Shown: positions 24,657 through 37,022, numbered from the whole stretch's first letter. The stretch: DNA of 63,299 nucleotides, filler included, from Reticulomyxa filosa (GCA_000512085.1; 23 parts of 23 records of this genome joined end to end with filler, not necessarily neighbours in it), one strand, 5' to 3'. Translations and numbers: made by a program. The notes: generated by a model not told the origin, from the sequence alone.

Positions 24657-25705
24657 TTATTTGTACAAGCCTTGAGATCTCCATATTCGTATTGTTCTAT
24701 CACCAGAACCTGATATAATTGTATTACCATCAGATGAAACATCAACACATCTTATCCAATCTGAATGACCTTCTAATTTTTGTATTTCATTCCCTGATTG
24801 TACATCCCATATCCTAATTGTCATATCATTTGAACAAGATATAATTGCTTGGCCATTTGAAACATATTTTACTTCGTTCACAGAAGCAGAATGTCCTTTC
24901 AATATCTTTAATTGTTTTCCTAATGTTATATCCCATATTCGAATGGTATTATCTTCTGAACATGATACTATAAATTTACTATTAGGTGAAAATTTTACGC
25001 TCTTTACAGTACTAGTATGTCCCTTGAATTCTTTCACAATTTTACTTGATGATACAAATTGTAAACGAATTACATTATCAGTAGATGATATAATCATCTT
25101 ACCACTTGGTGAAAATTGTACGTTTCGTATATGATTTGAACGATCTACGAATTGTTTTATTTCTTTTCCAGACATTAAATCCCAAAATCGTATTGTTCTG
25201 TCAGATCCACCTGATACAATATATTTACCGTCTGAAGAAAAGTTTAAATCATTTATAGGACATGTATGTCCTTGCAATATTAATACCTCTTTTCCTAATT
25301 TTACATCCCATAATCGAATTGTATTGTCATGTGAACATGAAGCAACTATATATCCACTCGGTGAAAATTCTACAGCATTGATCCAATCAGAATGTCTTTT
25401 AAAACAGTGAGATTGTTTGCCTAATTCTGCATTCCATATTCGAGCTGTATTATCATGCGATGACGAAACAATATTACGGCCATCTGATGAAAATCTTATA
25501 GATGTTATTATATCAATATGCCCTCTTAAAACTTTTACCGATTCAAAATAGTTGCTCTATGTTTTAAATGTAGTAATGATATTAGAATCAATTAATTAAA
25601 AAAGAATTTCTTAACATATTTGACAACAATTTTGTTAAAATCATTTATCCATCCTAATTCAATATTCAAAGTTCGAACCCAATTTTGTATTACTAACAGT
25701 GGCAT
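24657..25705 (-). CDS. WD40-repeat protein with N-terminal family module
   Basis: LLVIQNWVRTLNIELGWINDFNKIVVKY exon, an intron, then an uninterrupted frame of 7 WD40 repeats from about 25556 to TAA at 24657. A further upstream exon is possible. Confidence 0.88.
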
Positions 25706-26993
25706 TGTTGCTCTTTTTTGGTTAGTATTAGTAAACATTATTTCAAATAATCAATAATGTGAAATTATACTTTGAGCTTTGGATGTCCTTGTTTTTATAA
25801 CTCAATTCTTAAAAGAAGCCAGGGAAATGTGCTATTTAATAAAAATTGTAAAAAAATTATATATCTGTATCTTGAGTTAATAGAAGATTTTTGATTATAT
25901 TTGTGTTTCATTGCAAAAAATATTAGTGTTTCCATTTCTTGAGTAAGCAAAACCAAAAACAAATTTCACAGTGCTAAGACGTGATAAATATCACTTCGTC
26001 TTAAATTGGTGTTGTTTTCGATACAAAAAAGCATCATTCCTTTTTTTCCATCCAATCTAATATGCTATGAACATATCTCATTAAATTATATGTTTCACAT
26101 GTACCCTTTTTAAGAAACTCTTCAACCAGTCATAATTTTATTTTTGTATTTTTCGACAAAAAATATCTTCATTTATCGAACTGTGAGTATTGTTATTTAA
26201 TCGGACTAAAATTAGATAAAATTAACTAAAACGGAAGTGTCAAGGGAGTGTAGTTCAATTTTTTTTATTTTTACTTGTGTAATGTTTGTCCTTTGACAAC
26301 AAACCACAAACTTGATACTTGCTTGCCCTTGTTAGGAATTAGTGAAAATAACTTTCGTGGGTACATGTGAAGTTTTGTGTTTTTATTTGTTTTGTTCAAA
26401 GACAGACTCCAGTTTATGTATAGCAATATGAAAAAAAAAAAGTAACCGCAATATATTCACTGGATGACGACAGAGTGAGAACAGCAACCATAGCAGAAGT
26501 TTCATTTCAACCGACAACAGCAGCATAGTCTTTGTCCGCGTTGCCTGCATTACCTCCATTGCAAAAAGCAAAGACAAGTTGAAAAGAAGACAAATATGAA
26601 TGAACCACAAGCAAAAGCAAAGTCGAAGTTATGATCGTGATGGCAATCAAAAGATAGACAAAGTAATAACAATTCGCAAAGCGCACGTGGAAAGACATTG
26701 TCCTCGAAATCCTCATTCTTCATTTGGTCTTGCAATCTTTGATGCAACCGACGCTTCCCTCTTTACTTCGCTCCAGATCTTGCTCTTGCGTGATTGCACA
26801 ATGCTTGAGTCGATCCCAGGAGAGGCAATTGAGCGAACACCGCGAGATCTACTGACGCTGGGATTGTTACAAAATCTATCAATATGAAACCACNNNNNNN
26901 NNNNNNNNNNNNNNNNNNNNNNNNNNNNNNNNNNNNNTTAATTAATTAANNNNNNNNNNNNNNNNNNNNNNNNNNNNNNNNNNNNNNNNNNNN

Positions 26994-28003
26994 TCTATCG
27001 TCCCAGAGTGGTTTTGTAATTTCAATTTTTCAAATTTGTATACCATTTTTTTTTATAAACACTTAAATCTTGAGTCATTGTTCATTAGGGTAATACAAAA
27101 CAAAATATCATATAATCCAACCAAGTGACATTTTGGAAAGAGGAACACTTGGACAACTCAAATATACTTTTTAGTTTCTATAAATTTTAATACAATTTCA
27201 TCATAAGTCAATTTTCAGTTATACTCACGTAAGGTCCCATAACATAGTCAAAACTGATTGTGGTCTAACTTTTTACCACACCGATATTTTTTCACCGGAA
27301 TTTCACAAATATGTTTGCAATATATTGGTCTATCATCCCAGATTGGTTTGGTCGTTTTACGTTTTTTTATATATTTTAATGTTGATATCAATACTTAGGT
27401 CCTTTTATACCCCGTAATTCTTCCTTCATCCCCCATTACAGTACTCCAAGGCTAAACATCACACAACCCAACCAAGTGGCGTTTTAAAAAGAAGAGCACT
27501 TGGATAACTCAAATATATTTATAAGTTTGTATAATTATTAATACAATTTCATTATCAGTCAATTGTAAGTTATACTTAATTAAGGCCATTACAGCCGAAT
27601 AAAAACTGATTGCGGTCCAACTCTGCGCCAAATCAATATTTTTTCACCGGAATTTCACCCCTGTGTTTGGAATTCATTTATCTATCGTCCCAGAGTGGTT
27701 TTGTAATTTCGAATTTTTCAAATTTGTATCCTATTTTTTTTTATAAACACTTAAATCTTGAGTCATTGTTCATTAGGGTAATACAAAACAAAATATCATA
27801 TAATCCAACCAAGTGACATTTTGGAAAGAGGAACACTTGGACAACTCAAATATACTTTTTAGTTTCTATAAATTTTAATACAATTTCATCATAAGTCAAT
27901 TTTCAGTTATACTCACGTAAGGTCCCATAACATAGTCAAAACTGATTGTGGTCTAACTTTTTACCACACCGATATTTTTTCACCGGAATTTCACAAATAT
28001 GTT
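26994..28003. repeat. Tandem satellite with a 687-bp period made of two diverged ~340-bp subunits
   Basis: 26994-27316 recurs almost identically from 27681. A diverged sub-copy starts at 27329 (TCTATCATCCCAGATTGGTTT). Confidence 0.9.
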
Positions 28004-28103
28004 NNNNNNNNNNNNNNNNNNNNNNNNNNNNNNNNNNNNNNNNNNNNTTAATTAATTAANNNNNNNNNNNNNNNNNNNNNNNNNNNNNNNNNNNNNNNNN
28101 NNN

Positions 28104-29103
28104 TGATTGGAATGCACACCATCCGGCATGGTTAGACCAGAAAACAGACGAAATTGGAGAAGCTATATTAGAATTTATAGTCTCAAATAACCTGCAAATA
28201 CTAAACAGCTTTCCATTTGACTACACCTTTTTAAAGGACGGAGCATCATCAAGTATCGACATAACATTATGCTCTCCATCACTTGTAACTTGTTGCAACG
28301 ACTGGAGAACAGACCAAGACGAATTAGATTTACATTCGGATCATCTCCCCATAACATTCAATATAAAAACGAGATGGGGAACCAAGCGAATAAAACGTCA
28401 AAAAATAGAAACATAGAATATACTTAGCAAAAATTGGGAGGCATATCGAAAAGAATTAGAAGCAAAATTAAAAATATGGGCGACAACTCTTCCACCACCC
28501 AATAAAACAAAAGAGGATCTAGATATAGCAGTGGAAAATTGGACAAATTGTGTGGTCCAGGTAGCAAAGGACACAATAGGGACCAAAGTAGTGTGGAAAG
28601 GGAATAAGCCATGGTGGAGCAATGCATTACACAGGCAAAGAAAAAAAGTGCATCACTTAAAAAGGTTATTCAGAAAATATAAAACAGAAATAAGCTACAA
28701 GAGATACAAAGATGCAGCTGGAATTCTTAAGCGGAAATTACGGCAAGAAAAACAAGAATACACGAAGACAACATGAAGAAATCAAGATGTATCATCGCTG
28801 CATTCAGCTATCTGAACAATTCCCAAGTCACAATATGAGCATAGCATATCGTTTGTGGAAAAAGAACCACGAAACAAAAAAGGATGAATTCTTTTGTTGG
28901 ATAGGAAAGTTATCACCATTGTCCAGAGTCTGCATCCATGCAGATGAACTCGATATACCAGATATGCCATATAAAACATGAAATCACGCACAAGCCTCAA
29001 TCAATAGGAAAAAAGAAAATACCACAATCAATAAAGGCTCCTTTTGTATATGGACAAGAGCCAACACAGGAAGAAATACTTGCATCAATCAACACTAATA
29101 CTG
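28104..29103 (+). mobile_element. LINE ORF2 fragment: APE endonuclease, linker and post-RT region; defective
   Basis: DWNAHHPAW, SSIDITL and HSDHLPI are APE endonuclease motifs; KPWW is in the linker. In-frame TAG at 28414. At about 28770 the sequence jumps to what looks like the region preceding RNase H, with no RT motifs. Confidence 0.88.
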
Positions 29104-29299
29104 NNNNNNNNNNNNNNNNNNNNNNNNNNNNNNNNNNNNNNNNNNNNTTAATTAATTAANNNNNNNNNNNNNNNNNNNNNNNNNNNNNNNNNNNNNNNNN
29201 NNNCGCCAACAGACCAAAGAAACAACAGAGACTAGTACAACGAATGTTAGAGCAAGAGAGCAAAAATAATAGTGATGATCGTGTAAAAGTTTATTCTCT

Positions 29300-29859
29300 T
29301 TTGGAACAAGAGATACATGGTCGCCTGATCCCAAAACTCCACCATTGCTTTTGATTCGTTCAGCATTTGACGACGACGACGATGGAAGAGTCACTATGTG
29401 GCTGAAAACGGTACGAAAGTACTGTTCCTTATGCATAACTAATCAGCGGAAGTAGTAGAAGATATCAAATTTTGCATTGATATATATAATAAGTTAGGGA
29501 CAGGCCAAGACAATGAAGTACTCACAACCGCAAAAAATATGCTTGCTGATACAATTAAGGAATGGACCATTTGCGTTGCAACGGCACTCTTCAAGCAACC
29601 TGATAAGTTGGGGACCCTTTCAGAACTCAGCAATCAAACTGTTATGTTGAAAGACATAACAGACCGGAGCAATCAGTTGGAAATGTTGGAAATTGTACAA
29701 AATATATTGAAAGAGACATGCAATGATAAGACGGCTGGCAAAACAGTTGTATTTGGAGGTGCTGGATCTAAGATCCTAAAACCTATCAATGCCGATACTA
29801 TACTTGTAGAACATCATGACTGTTCAAAAAAACTAAATCAAGCTGTAATACAGCCTTGA
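29300..29859 (+). pseudogene. Degenerate ORF upstream of the protease domain, unknown family
   Basis: The frame runs AENGTKVLFLMHN*SAEVVEDIKFCIDIYNKL...NQAVIQP with an in-frame TAA at 29440 and an upstream frameshift. Confidence 0.4.
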
Positions 29860-29989
29860 CTAATCAAAAAGTTGGCTGGAATGAGATAGGAGACATGTTT
29901 GAATCGATAGATCCAACAATAAAAAAAAAAAAAAAAAATTTAAAGATTATGTAAAAACTCATAAACGTACGGAAGGAAAGATTTGGTGT

Positions 29990-30502
29990 ATGTCGATGTT
30001 GGGCACAGAAGATAGTAATGACATGGATAACACCCCTTTTGGTGGCAGTACTTACAATCTCATTACTACTGAACAGATTTTGAAAGTAAGAATCAAGTCT
30101 CTTGGCTTAGTTCGCCAAGCTCAAGTCTTAGGGAAAGGATATTTCTTTAGCCAAGACATAAATAACATCAAAGAACTTATAAATAGTATCAAAACAAATA
30201 ACAGTATTTGCTATCAATTATTGCCTATTAATCTTCATGGACATTGTGTTGGAGTTATCATTTGTGGTCGTAATCAGGTATATTACATTGATCCAGAAAA
30301 TAATCCTATGCCAGATCAATTAACACACATTTTTCAACAAGCTGGTTTCAACACTCAACAAATCCTATCTGAACGACAACGATATGCACATAATTGTGCT
30401 CCTGTCTGGATTGAAACTTGTGTTATGTACTTGGGAGCAGATTCACTATCTCAAACTGAAGCTATTACTTATCATACAGAGTTACTTGGTTTATCTCTAT
30501 AA
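29990..30502 (+). CDS. CE-clan (Ulp1/C48-like) cysteine protease domain, intronless
   Basis: LLPINLHGHCVGVII (His), YYIDPEN (Asp) and RQRYAHNCAP (Gln oxyanion, Cys) appear in the CE-clan H-D-Q-C order. Confidence 0.6.
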   Translation: MSMLGTEDSNDMDNTPFGGSTYNLITTEQILKVRIKSLGLVRQAQVLGKGYFFSQDINNIKELINSIKTNNSICYQLLPINLHGHCVGVIICGRNQVYYIDPENNPMPDQLTHIFQQAGFNTQQILSERQRYAHNCAPVWIETCVMYLGADSLSQTEAITYHTELLGLSL

Positions 30503-31830
30503 AACATTTATTTGTTTTCAAAGCAAATTTAAAATGTTTATTTCTTTATTGAATTGAATTTTTTGTTGTGTAAACAAAGATGATTTTTTTTTTTAAAAAA
30601 ATATATAATTTTGAGTTGTTTTTTTTTTTATGTTGATATGTATATGTATGTACATTCTTATTCTGGTATATGCTTTGGTAATATTCCCTTTGTTTTTTCT
30701 TTTGTTACAGACTTTTTTATTTTATCATCATTTTCATAAATAACCTTATAACTATCAGCAAAATCTAAAATATTAATTTTCACTCTTTTATCTTACATTC
30801 TATTGTTTTTTCAAAGTTGTTCATCTTTTCAGCAGATATTCCACAATACTTTTTTTAAAGTTTTTATTAGTTAAAAAGTTGAAATACTTTTTTCAACAAA
30901 TTTTTTATTATTATAAAGAACGATTTAAATTTGAAATTTTTGCCCAGAAAAGATAAACTTCTATTTATGCAAGATTTAAACAAAATAGTATTGAAATGTG
31001 TAGAGTATTTTGTTGATATTTCTAAAATAGGATTGTTATCCGATCCTACTCTGAAAAAATTAGAGCGTTTCTTATACATTCAATAAAATCGGAGTGAAAC
31101 AAACAAAAAGGAAATTTTTATTGATAATGTCAAATAATAAATACAAATGATTGTTTTGTGGTTTTTGTGGTCAGTTACTACATTAGTAAATTTAATAATG
31201 AAAACTTATTTATTTGTTTTTGATGATATAACATGAATAAACATATTAGAAATCTAAATTCAAATTTTAATACAATAAAATTTTCTAAAATAGAAAAATT
31301 GTTCGGAATATACAAATCACTTTGCAATTTAGTTGCAAAGGCAGAAAAATAATGTGTTTAGTTTTTTACTGTTTGTTAATTAATAAAATCCAAGTCTTTA
31401 CTTTGATAGAAAGAATATTTTGGACAATATAATTTCACCAAAAGTAACATACATTTTTAGACTTAAATATTTATCCATAATAAATTGTAAAAACGGCACT
31501 CTACTTATGTATAATGATTTTGTTTCAAGAATTTAAAAACATCAAATAGTCGGCTTTGAGAAATATTTTTTCAAGTTTTTTTTTAAAGGGAACAAATGTT
31601 GTAATTACTTTGAAATAATTTTTTAAATAAATCAATTTTTACCTCAGACAGACAGTTGACTTTTTTTGGAAAAAAAGATACAAAATAGCAAGTATATATC
31701 TAAATGTTTATCTTAAAATATATTAAATACATTTTGCACGTTCCAAAAGTTTTACGGCATTTTTTTATTTTTCTAAGTCAGATCACTTCATAAAGTTTCG
31801 TAATCTTTTTTTACTGCTAAACTACTTCAT

Positions 31831-31910
31831 AGTCGTGCAGTGATTGGTGGGATCAATAATATTAGTGTATTTGATTTAAATACATTTCAATTTATTAAAC
31901 ATGATACAGT
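31831..31910 (+). pseudogene. Short Kelch-family remnant
   Basis: SRAVIGG..NISVFDLNTFQFIKHDT matches IRAIISG...NINVFDLNTFQFVKQDV of the 22072 gene, with an internal deletion. Confidence 0.6.
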
Positions 31911-32220
31911 AAGATAAAAAAGAAAGTTGACACCTAAAATGCCACCTTATAGAAATGATTGTGTTTCTCCATGAAAAAACAACATTTAATCAAAATTTTT
32001 TTTTATTTTAAAAANNNNNNNNNNNNNNNNNNNNNNNNNNNNNNNNNNNNNNNNNNNNTTAATTAATTAANNNNNNNNNNNNNNNNNNNNNNNNNNNNNN
32101 NNNNNNNNNNNNNNCCCCTTAATCATCATTGGCTAGCTAAAAGCCAACACGATTCGGCATCTCATTTAGATTTGAGGAAAGCACCCGCGCCAGCAACGTG
32201 CGAGGAGCCTCAGTCACTAA

Positions 32221-32385
32221 AACCAAAGAAAAGGCCACAAAAGGCCCGGAAACCGATGGCAAGACCCTGAAGGCCTGGAGACTAAAGAAAAGCCCCGAAA
32301 AACCAGGAAACCAAAGAAAAAGACAACAGAAGGACTGGAAACTAAATAATCAAAGAAAAGGCTCACGAAGGCCAGGAAACCAACT
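32221..32385 (+). repeat. Degenerate ~30-bp tandem repeat x5 (ACCAAAGAAAAGGCC...GAAGGCCNGGAA)
   Basis: Visible repeated AAAGAAAAG...GG(C/A)C(C/T/A)GGA(A/G)AC units. Confidence 0.7.
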
Positions 32386-32929
32386 ACTTGAAATGTTTCA
32401 ACAATTTTTATGTTTGTTTTGTTTTTGCAATAGTTTTGTTCAATTTTATAAGTGGATAGTGTTGAATTTTATCTATTTTAATTTGATTGAAATTTACCTT
32501 CGAAGCATAAGACGTCACCACTTGCTGAAGTCTCGTAGAGTCTGAGCGTGGTCCCAAAGTGACCCTTGGATTCCCTCTGAGCTGCACAGAGGTGAGTCAA
32601 GGCAATAAGCTGTGTGATGATCACAAAAGTTTTGGATTTTAAATTGAAATCTTTTTGAAATAATATAAAATAATGCACTTCCAAACAAAATTATTGCTTA
32701 AATGTTGAATGGTTACTTTTTGTAACGTATTGTATTCATGTTTGAGCGAAGTGCTTGTTTTACAATATTTCATATATCAATTGAACAAATTACAACGATC
32801 ATTCAATAACATGCCTGATATATTCAATGATTTGGTTATGAATCCTGTTGGGTGGAAATTTTATGCAAGAAAGCTTATCAATTGCAACCAGATTGATCCA
32901 GCAGCATAGATCAGCGACATTCCCGAATA

Positions 32930-33118
32930 ACCGTGGATTAAATCCATCCTTTACATAGACATTTGATTTGTGAAGGTATTGATAACCCAAGACATACAAT
33001 GTCACGATATTTCCTATCCAACCAGCTGCATTCATTGACATTTAGTGAACGCAAGATTATTCGTCAGTTGATTGCTGTCAAAGTTGGATTGAATGATTAT
33101 TTGTATAACATCCAAAAA
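32930..33118 (+). mobile_element. LINE ORF2 C-terminal fragment (decayed)
   Basis: LHSLTFSERKIIRQLIAVKVGLNDYLYNIQK resembles the motif just before the C-terminal zinc finger of non-LTR ORF2. Confidence 0.5.
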
Positions 33119-33314
33119 NNNNNNNNNNNNNNNNNNNNNNNNNNNNNNNNNNNNNNNNNNNNTTAATTAATTAANNNNNNNNNNNNNNNNNNNNNNNNNN
33201 NNNNNNNNNNNNNNNNNNTTTATTGGAGTGTGGTGTACATTATAACATATACATATATATATATATATATATATGTACATATATGTGTGTATATAGGAAT
33301 TATGTGCGAATAAA

Positions 33315-34360
33315 TCAATAAACAAAAGTAATCTGTGCCATGTCCGACCACCACTCCGAATTTCAATTGTCCTTGGAATTCCTCTTCCAAAATGTGGGCC
33401 AATACGTGACACTGCAGACGCTCTTGAACAAAGATTACCGCTTTTTGAAACTCTACGGGCTTGTTATTGTTGTACATCAGATACTCCGACTTTTCGTCGC
33501 AGACAAAGTTGTTTTGAAGCAGTCCGTCGCGGATAAAAGTAATGAGTTTTTCTACCTTCATGGAGTAGCGGTTACCAAAGCAACCCTTGTGTATCATATT
33601 CAAAAAAAAGTCTTTTTGGTTCATCACGTGGTCTTTGAAAGCCGAGTTGTCACGTTTCTGAGCCACCCGTACACCGAAATTACACAAACGAGTGGGCAAG
33701 GGGAAGGAGTGTGTATGTGTGTATGTGTGTGTGTGCAGAACAGCACAAGATAAACGCAACAAAGAAACACACAACCCAACTTTTGCTTCTCTCCATTGCA
33801 TATCAGCAAAGTTATAATTGAGTTTAGACTCATCATTTGATTCTGCCACAACAGGTGCTCGGAGCTGTTTATTATTATTATTATTATTATTTTGAATTAA
33901 TTCAAATCAACCAAAGTTCTTCAAACAACAACTTCAAAAAAAAAAAACAAAAAAAAAAAACAAACAAATAAACAAAAATTCATTGAATTAACGCTCAAGT
34001 GGTTTAGTTTTCGAAGAAACAATTGCAAGGCACAGTGACCACCATACAAACCAATACTATCGACAGTGCGACTGACCGAATTGATAAATTTATTGATCCA
34101 CTCCGTTCCCGTAAATTCAGAAGGAATGCCCCACTTGGGCAAATTGACACTCGGCACATACCACATTTGCACGATGGTGGGTTTGCCCATAATCTCTTCC
34201 AGCTCTTCTTTGTGCTCTTCCACGCGCATGATTTTGCAGTCCAAATATGCCTCCAGTGCATTCACTTGGTGATAGATTCTCTCAATTTTGTTTTCGTTGG
34301 TTTTGAACAACGACGCTGTCAACCCAAAGATTTTCGGTAGTTCAGTCACTCCTTTTCTAC
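33315..34360 (-). CDS. Dicer-type DExD/H helicase domain, internal fragment
   Basis: LPKIFGLTASL (motif III), LEAYLDCKI, SMKVEKLITFI, KAVIFVQER (motif IV) and VVGHG are typical of Dicer/RIG-I-like helicases. Spliced. Confidence 0.8.
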
Positions 34361-34590
34361 GTATACGCATGTATACGTGTATGTGTGTGTGTGCATTTTG
34401 TTTAAGCAAAAAAGATTGACTGCAGTAACAAACATATTATGTGGTGTCAATATTAACCTTTTTTTTTTTTAATTTTTTAAAAAAAAAAANNNNNNNNNNN
34501 NNNNNNNNNNNNNNNNNNNNNNNNNNNNNNNNNTTAATTAATTAANNNNNNNNNNNNNNNNNNNNNNNNNNNNNNNNNNNNNNNNNNNNT

Positions 34591-34639
<49 letters not shown>

Positions 34640-34694
34640 TATATTGTTCCACACACAGACAAATACTGTTACACTCCTTTGCTTTGACGTATAG

Positions 34695-35560
34695 AACTTT
34701 TTAATTATATTGGTCTTATTTTCAGCAGGGTTTGTTCTAGCATTGTATTATATTGTCGCGCATGACCTAGATACCGGATTGACATCCTTCCCTGAAGTCA
34801 TGCTGTTCATCGTTCAGACCCTGCTGGGACAAGAAAACTGGGATGCTGTCAACTCCATTGTTGATGAGAACAATAACCAAACTTTCAGGTTCAGTCCAGA
34901 TCGATCCAGGCTTGCACAAGGGGTTATTTTGCTGTATAGTGTCATTGGAACTATCATTTTGTTATTTTCTTTTTCCAAACAAACCGCATATCTAATATAT
35001 ATACATATATATATATATATATGTATACGTATACATGTGTATTTTTGGACGTATAGTAATGTTGTATGTGTATTGATTGTGTGCATTGAAGACTGAACAT
35101 TTTGATTGCCTTAATGGCAAACACGTTCAACAAAGTACATGAAATGTCGGTGTCGGAGACAAACTTTAATCGCATAAATGGAACTATTGATTTGGCGACG
35201 AGTCATGCAATGTTGGCGCCTCCATTTAACATGATTGTAATTGTGTTAATAGTATTTATCACTGTGATTGATTACATCATCCGTTGTCTTAGTGGAGGTT
35301 CATATGTTTGAACGCGGAATATTTATTTCCAATCGACTATTCATTGCAGCGTCGTCATATACCTTCCATATCCTCTTCCAAATCAAGCACAGCCAAAGCC
35401 TCTTCCGTGTCAGATAAACCATCTAAAAAGTCACCGTCACAAGACGAACACATATCCACGAATGCACGTGAAGCGCAACCTATGTTATCCCCAGCCGACC
35501 CCACTGAGTCGCAAGCAGTGGAAATTACTCCTCTACAGCGCAAGGACACTCTTGTTGAAC
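34695..35560 (+). CDS. TRP-family cation channel, S5-pore-S6-TRP helix fragment
   Basis: Hydrophobic S5, pore QTLLG, S6 IIL|LNILIALMANTFNKV and TRP box 2 LAPPFN. +T is needed at about 35308. Confidence 0.8.
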
Positions 35561-35713
35561 GTTGAACTTAAATTTTTTTTTTTTTTTTTATTTTCTAAAA
35601 AAAAAAAAAAAAANNNNNNNNNNNNNNNNNNNNNNNNNNNNNNNNNNNNNNNNNNNNTTAATTAATTAANNNNNNNNNNNNNNNNNNNNNNNNNNNNNNN
35701 NNNNNNNNNNNNN

Positions 35714-36196
35714 TGGATCATGGGATAAAACCATTCGAATATGGGATATTGAAACAACCAAACAATTGATTGTATTCAAAGGACACGAAAGTTATGTGAG
35801 AAGCGTAAAATATGGATCAAATGAATTAGTAAATACAATATTATCTGAACAAATGACTGCTGTGCTTGCTTATGGGATATTCGATCTGCCCAACAAATCC
35901 AAGTATTCAACGGACACAAAAGTGCTGTATATGCTGCTGAATATTCACCATTTGTAGTAGATAATATCAAATTTGGCAACTGTTCAAATGTGACATGTTC
36001 TGGATCAAGTGATAATACAATTCGATTTTGGGATATTCGATCGAATAAGAAAGAATCGCATTTGATTAAAGGAGATCAAGAAGATAGCGAAATAACATGT
36101 CTTAAATTCCTACAATTAAAAAAGAAAAGAGGAAATAGTAATTATATTACTTTGTGTTATGGTCTACTCAAGAATTATATTCGTATTTGGGGGTAA
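35714..36196 (+). pseudogene. WD40-repeat protein 3' part with frameshift
   Basis: GSWDKTIRIWD, KGHESYV, CSGSSDNTIRFWD and IRIWG*. Frameshift at about 35846. Confidence 0.75.
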
Positions 36197-37022
36197 TATC
36201 ATATTTCAAACAATAAATACTTAATTTCCCTTTGAGTAAATTAAGTAAAATAAGTTTACTTACTGATTGATACATATACTTTGAGTGCACCTTTCATTCC
36301 TTTGACTTGCACAAAGTTTTAATAAATGGTTCTAAGTCTCAATCTTGAGCTTTAATACATTTGAAGAAGCAAGCTTTTTCTGAAATGTAATGTTCAAGGA
36401 AAATTCTTTAAATCTCTCGATAAATCAACTTAAAGAAAAATTTTGGAAGAATATCATACTATAAAATAGAGACATTATTTTAAAGAAGTAATTTACGTGT
36501 TCAAAATTTCAATTCTTTGGTTACAAATATTAATAATTTCAACAAAACATATCAAATTCTGACGAATTAAATATTTTCTCTGAGAAACGGAAAAAAAGTT
36601 AATTTTCCAAAATTTCAAATTCAACTCCAAGTGTCAACTTTTTTATGTTTTTTTTGTGCAATTGACATTTTCATAAGGCAATAATATCAACAAAAAGTAT
36701 ATTTTTTTCAAAAACTACTAAAAAAGCCAGGCCAGTTTTTAAAAATATCTAATGACTTATCTATTTCTTCTTGCATCTCCTGTACAATCTCTATTTGTAA
36801 CCATTTACGTTTTTTCCTTTTCTCTATGCTTTTTATCAAACATTTTTTAAAAGGGAAGAGAAAATGTTTATTATTATTCATGATAGCGTTTTTTTTTTAT
36901 TTTGAAAATTGTTCAGAAAAATGTATCTTTTACTCTTTGAAGATTTTTCTTGGACGAGTTTCAAAAAAAATACTGCAAGCTAAATATAAATTTCATTACA
37001 AATTCATTCGTTTGTCATTAAA

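Noticed and set aside
26383-26893. Overlapping short ORFs at the contig end as a gene
   Set aside because: Coding-like composition, but stops in every frame and no recognisable motif; cannot be supported.
32221-32385. 30-bp repeats as a CRISPR array
   Set aside because: The repeats are adjacent and degenerate, with no unique spacers and no cas genes, in a eukaryotic context.
17943-34360. RdRP + Dicer + LINEs as a clustered defence island
   Set aside because: They lie on different contigs separated by linkers, so their proximity is artificial.
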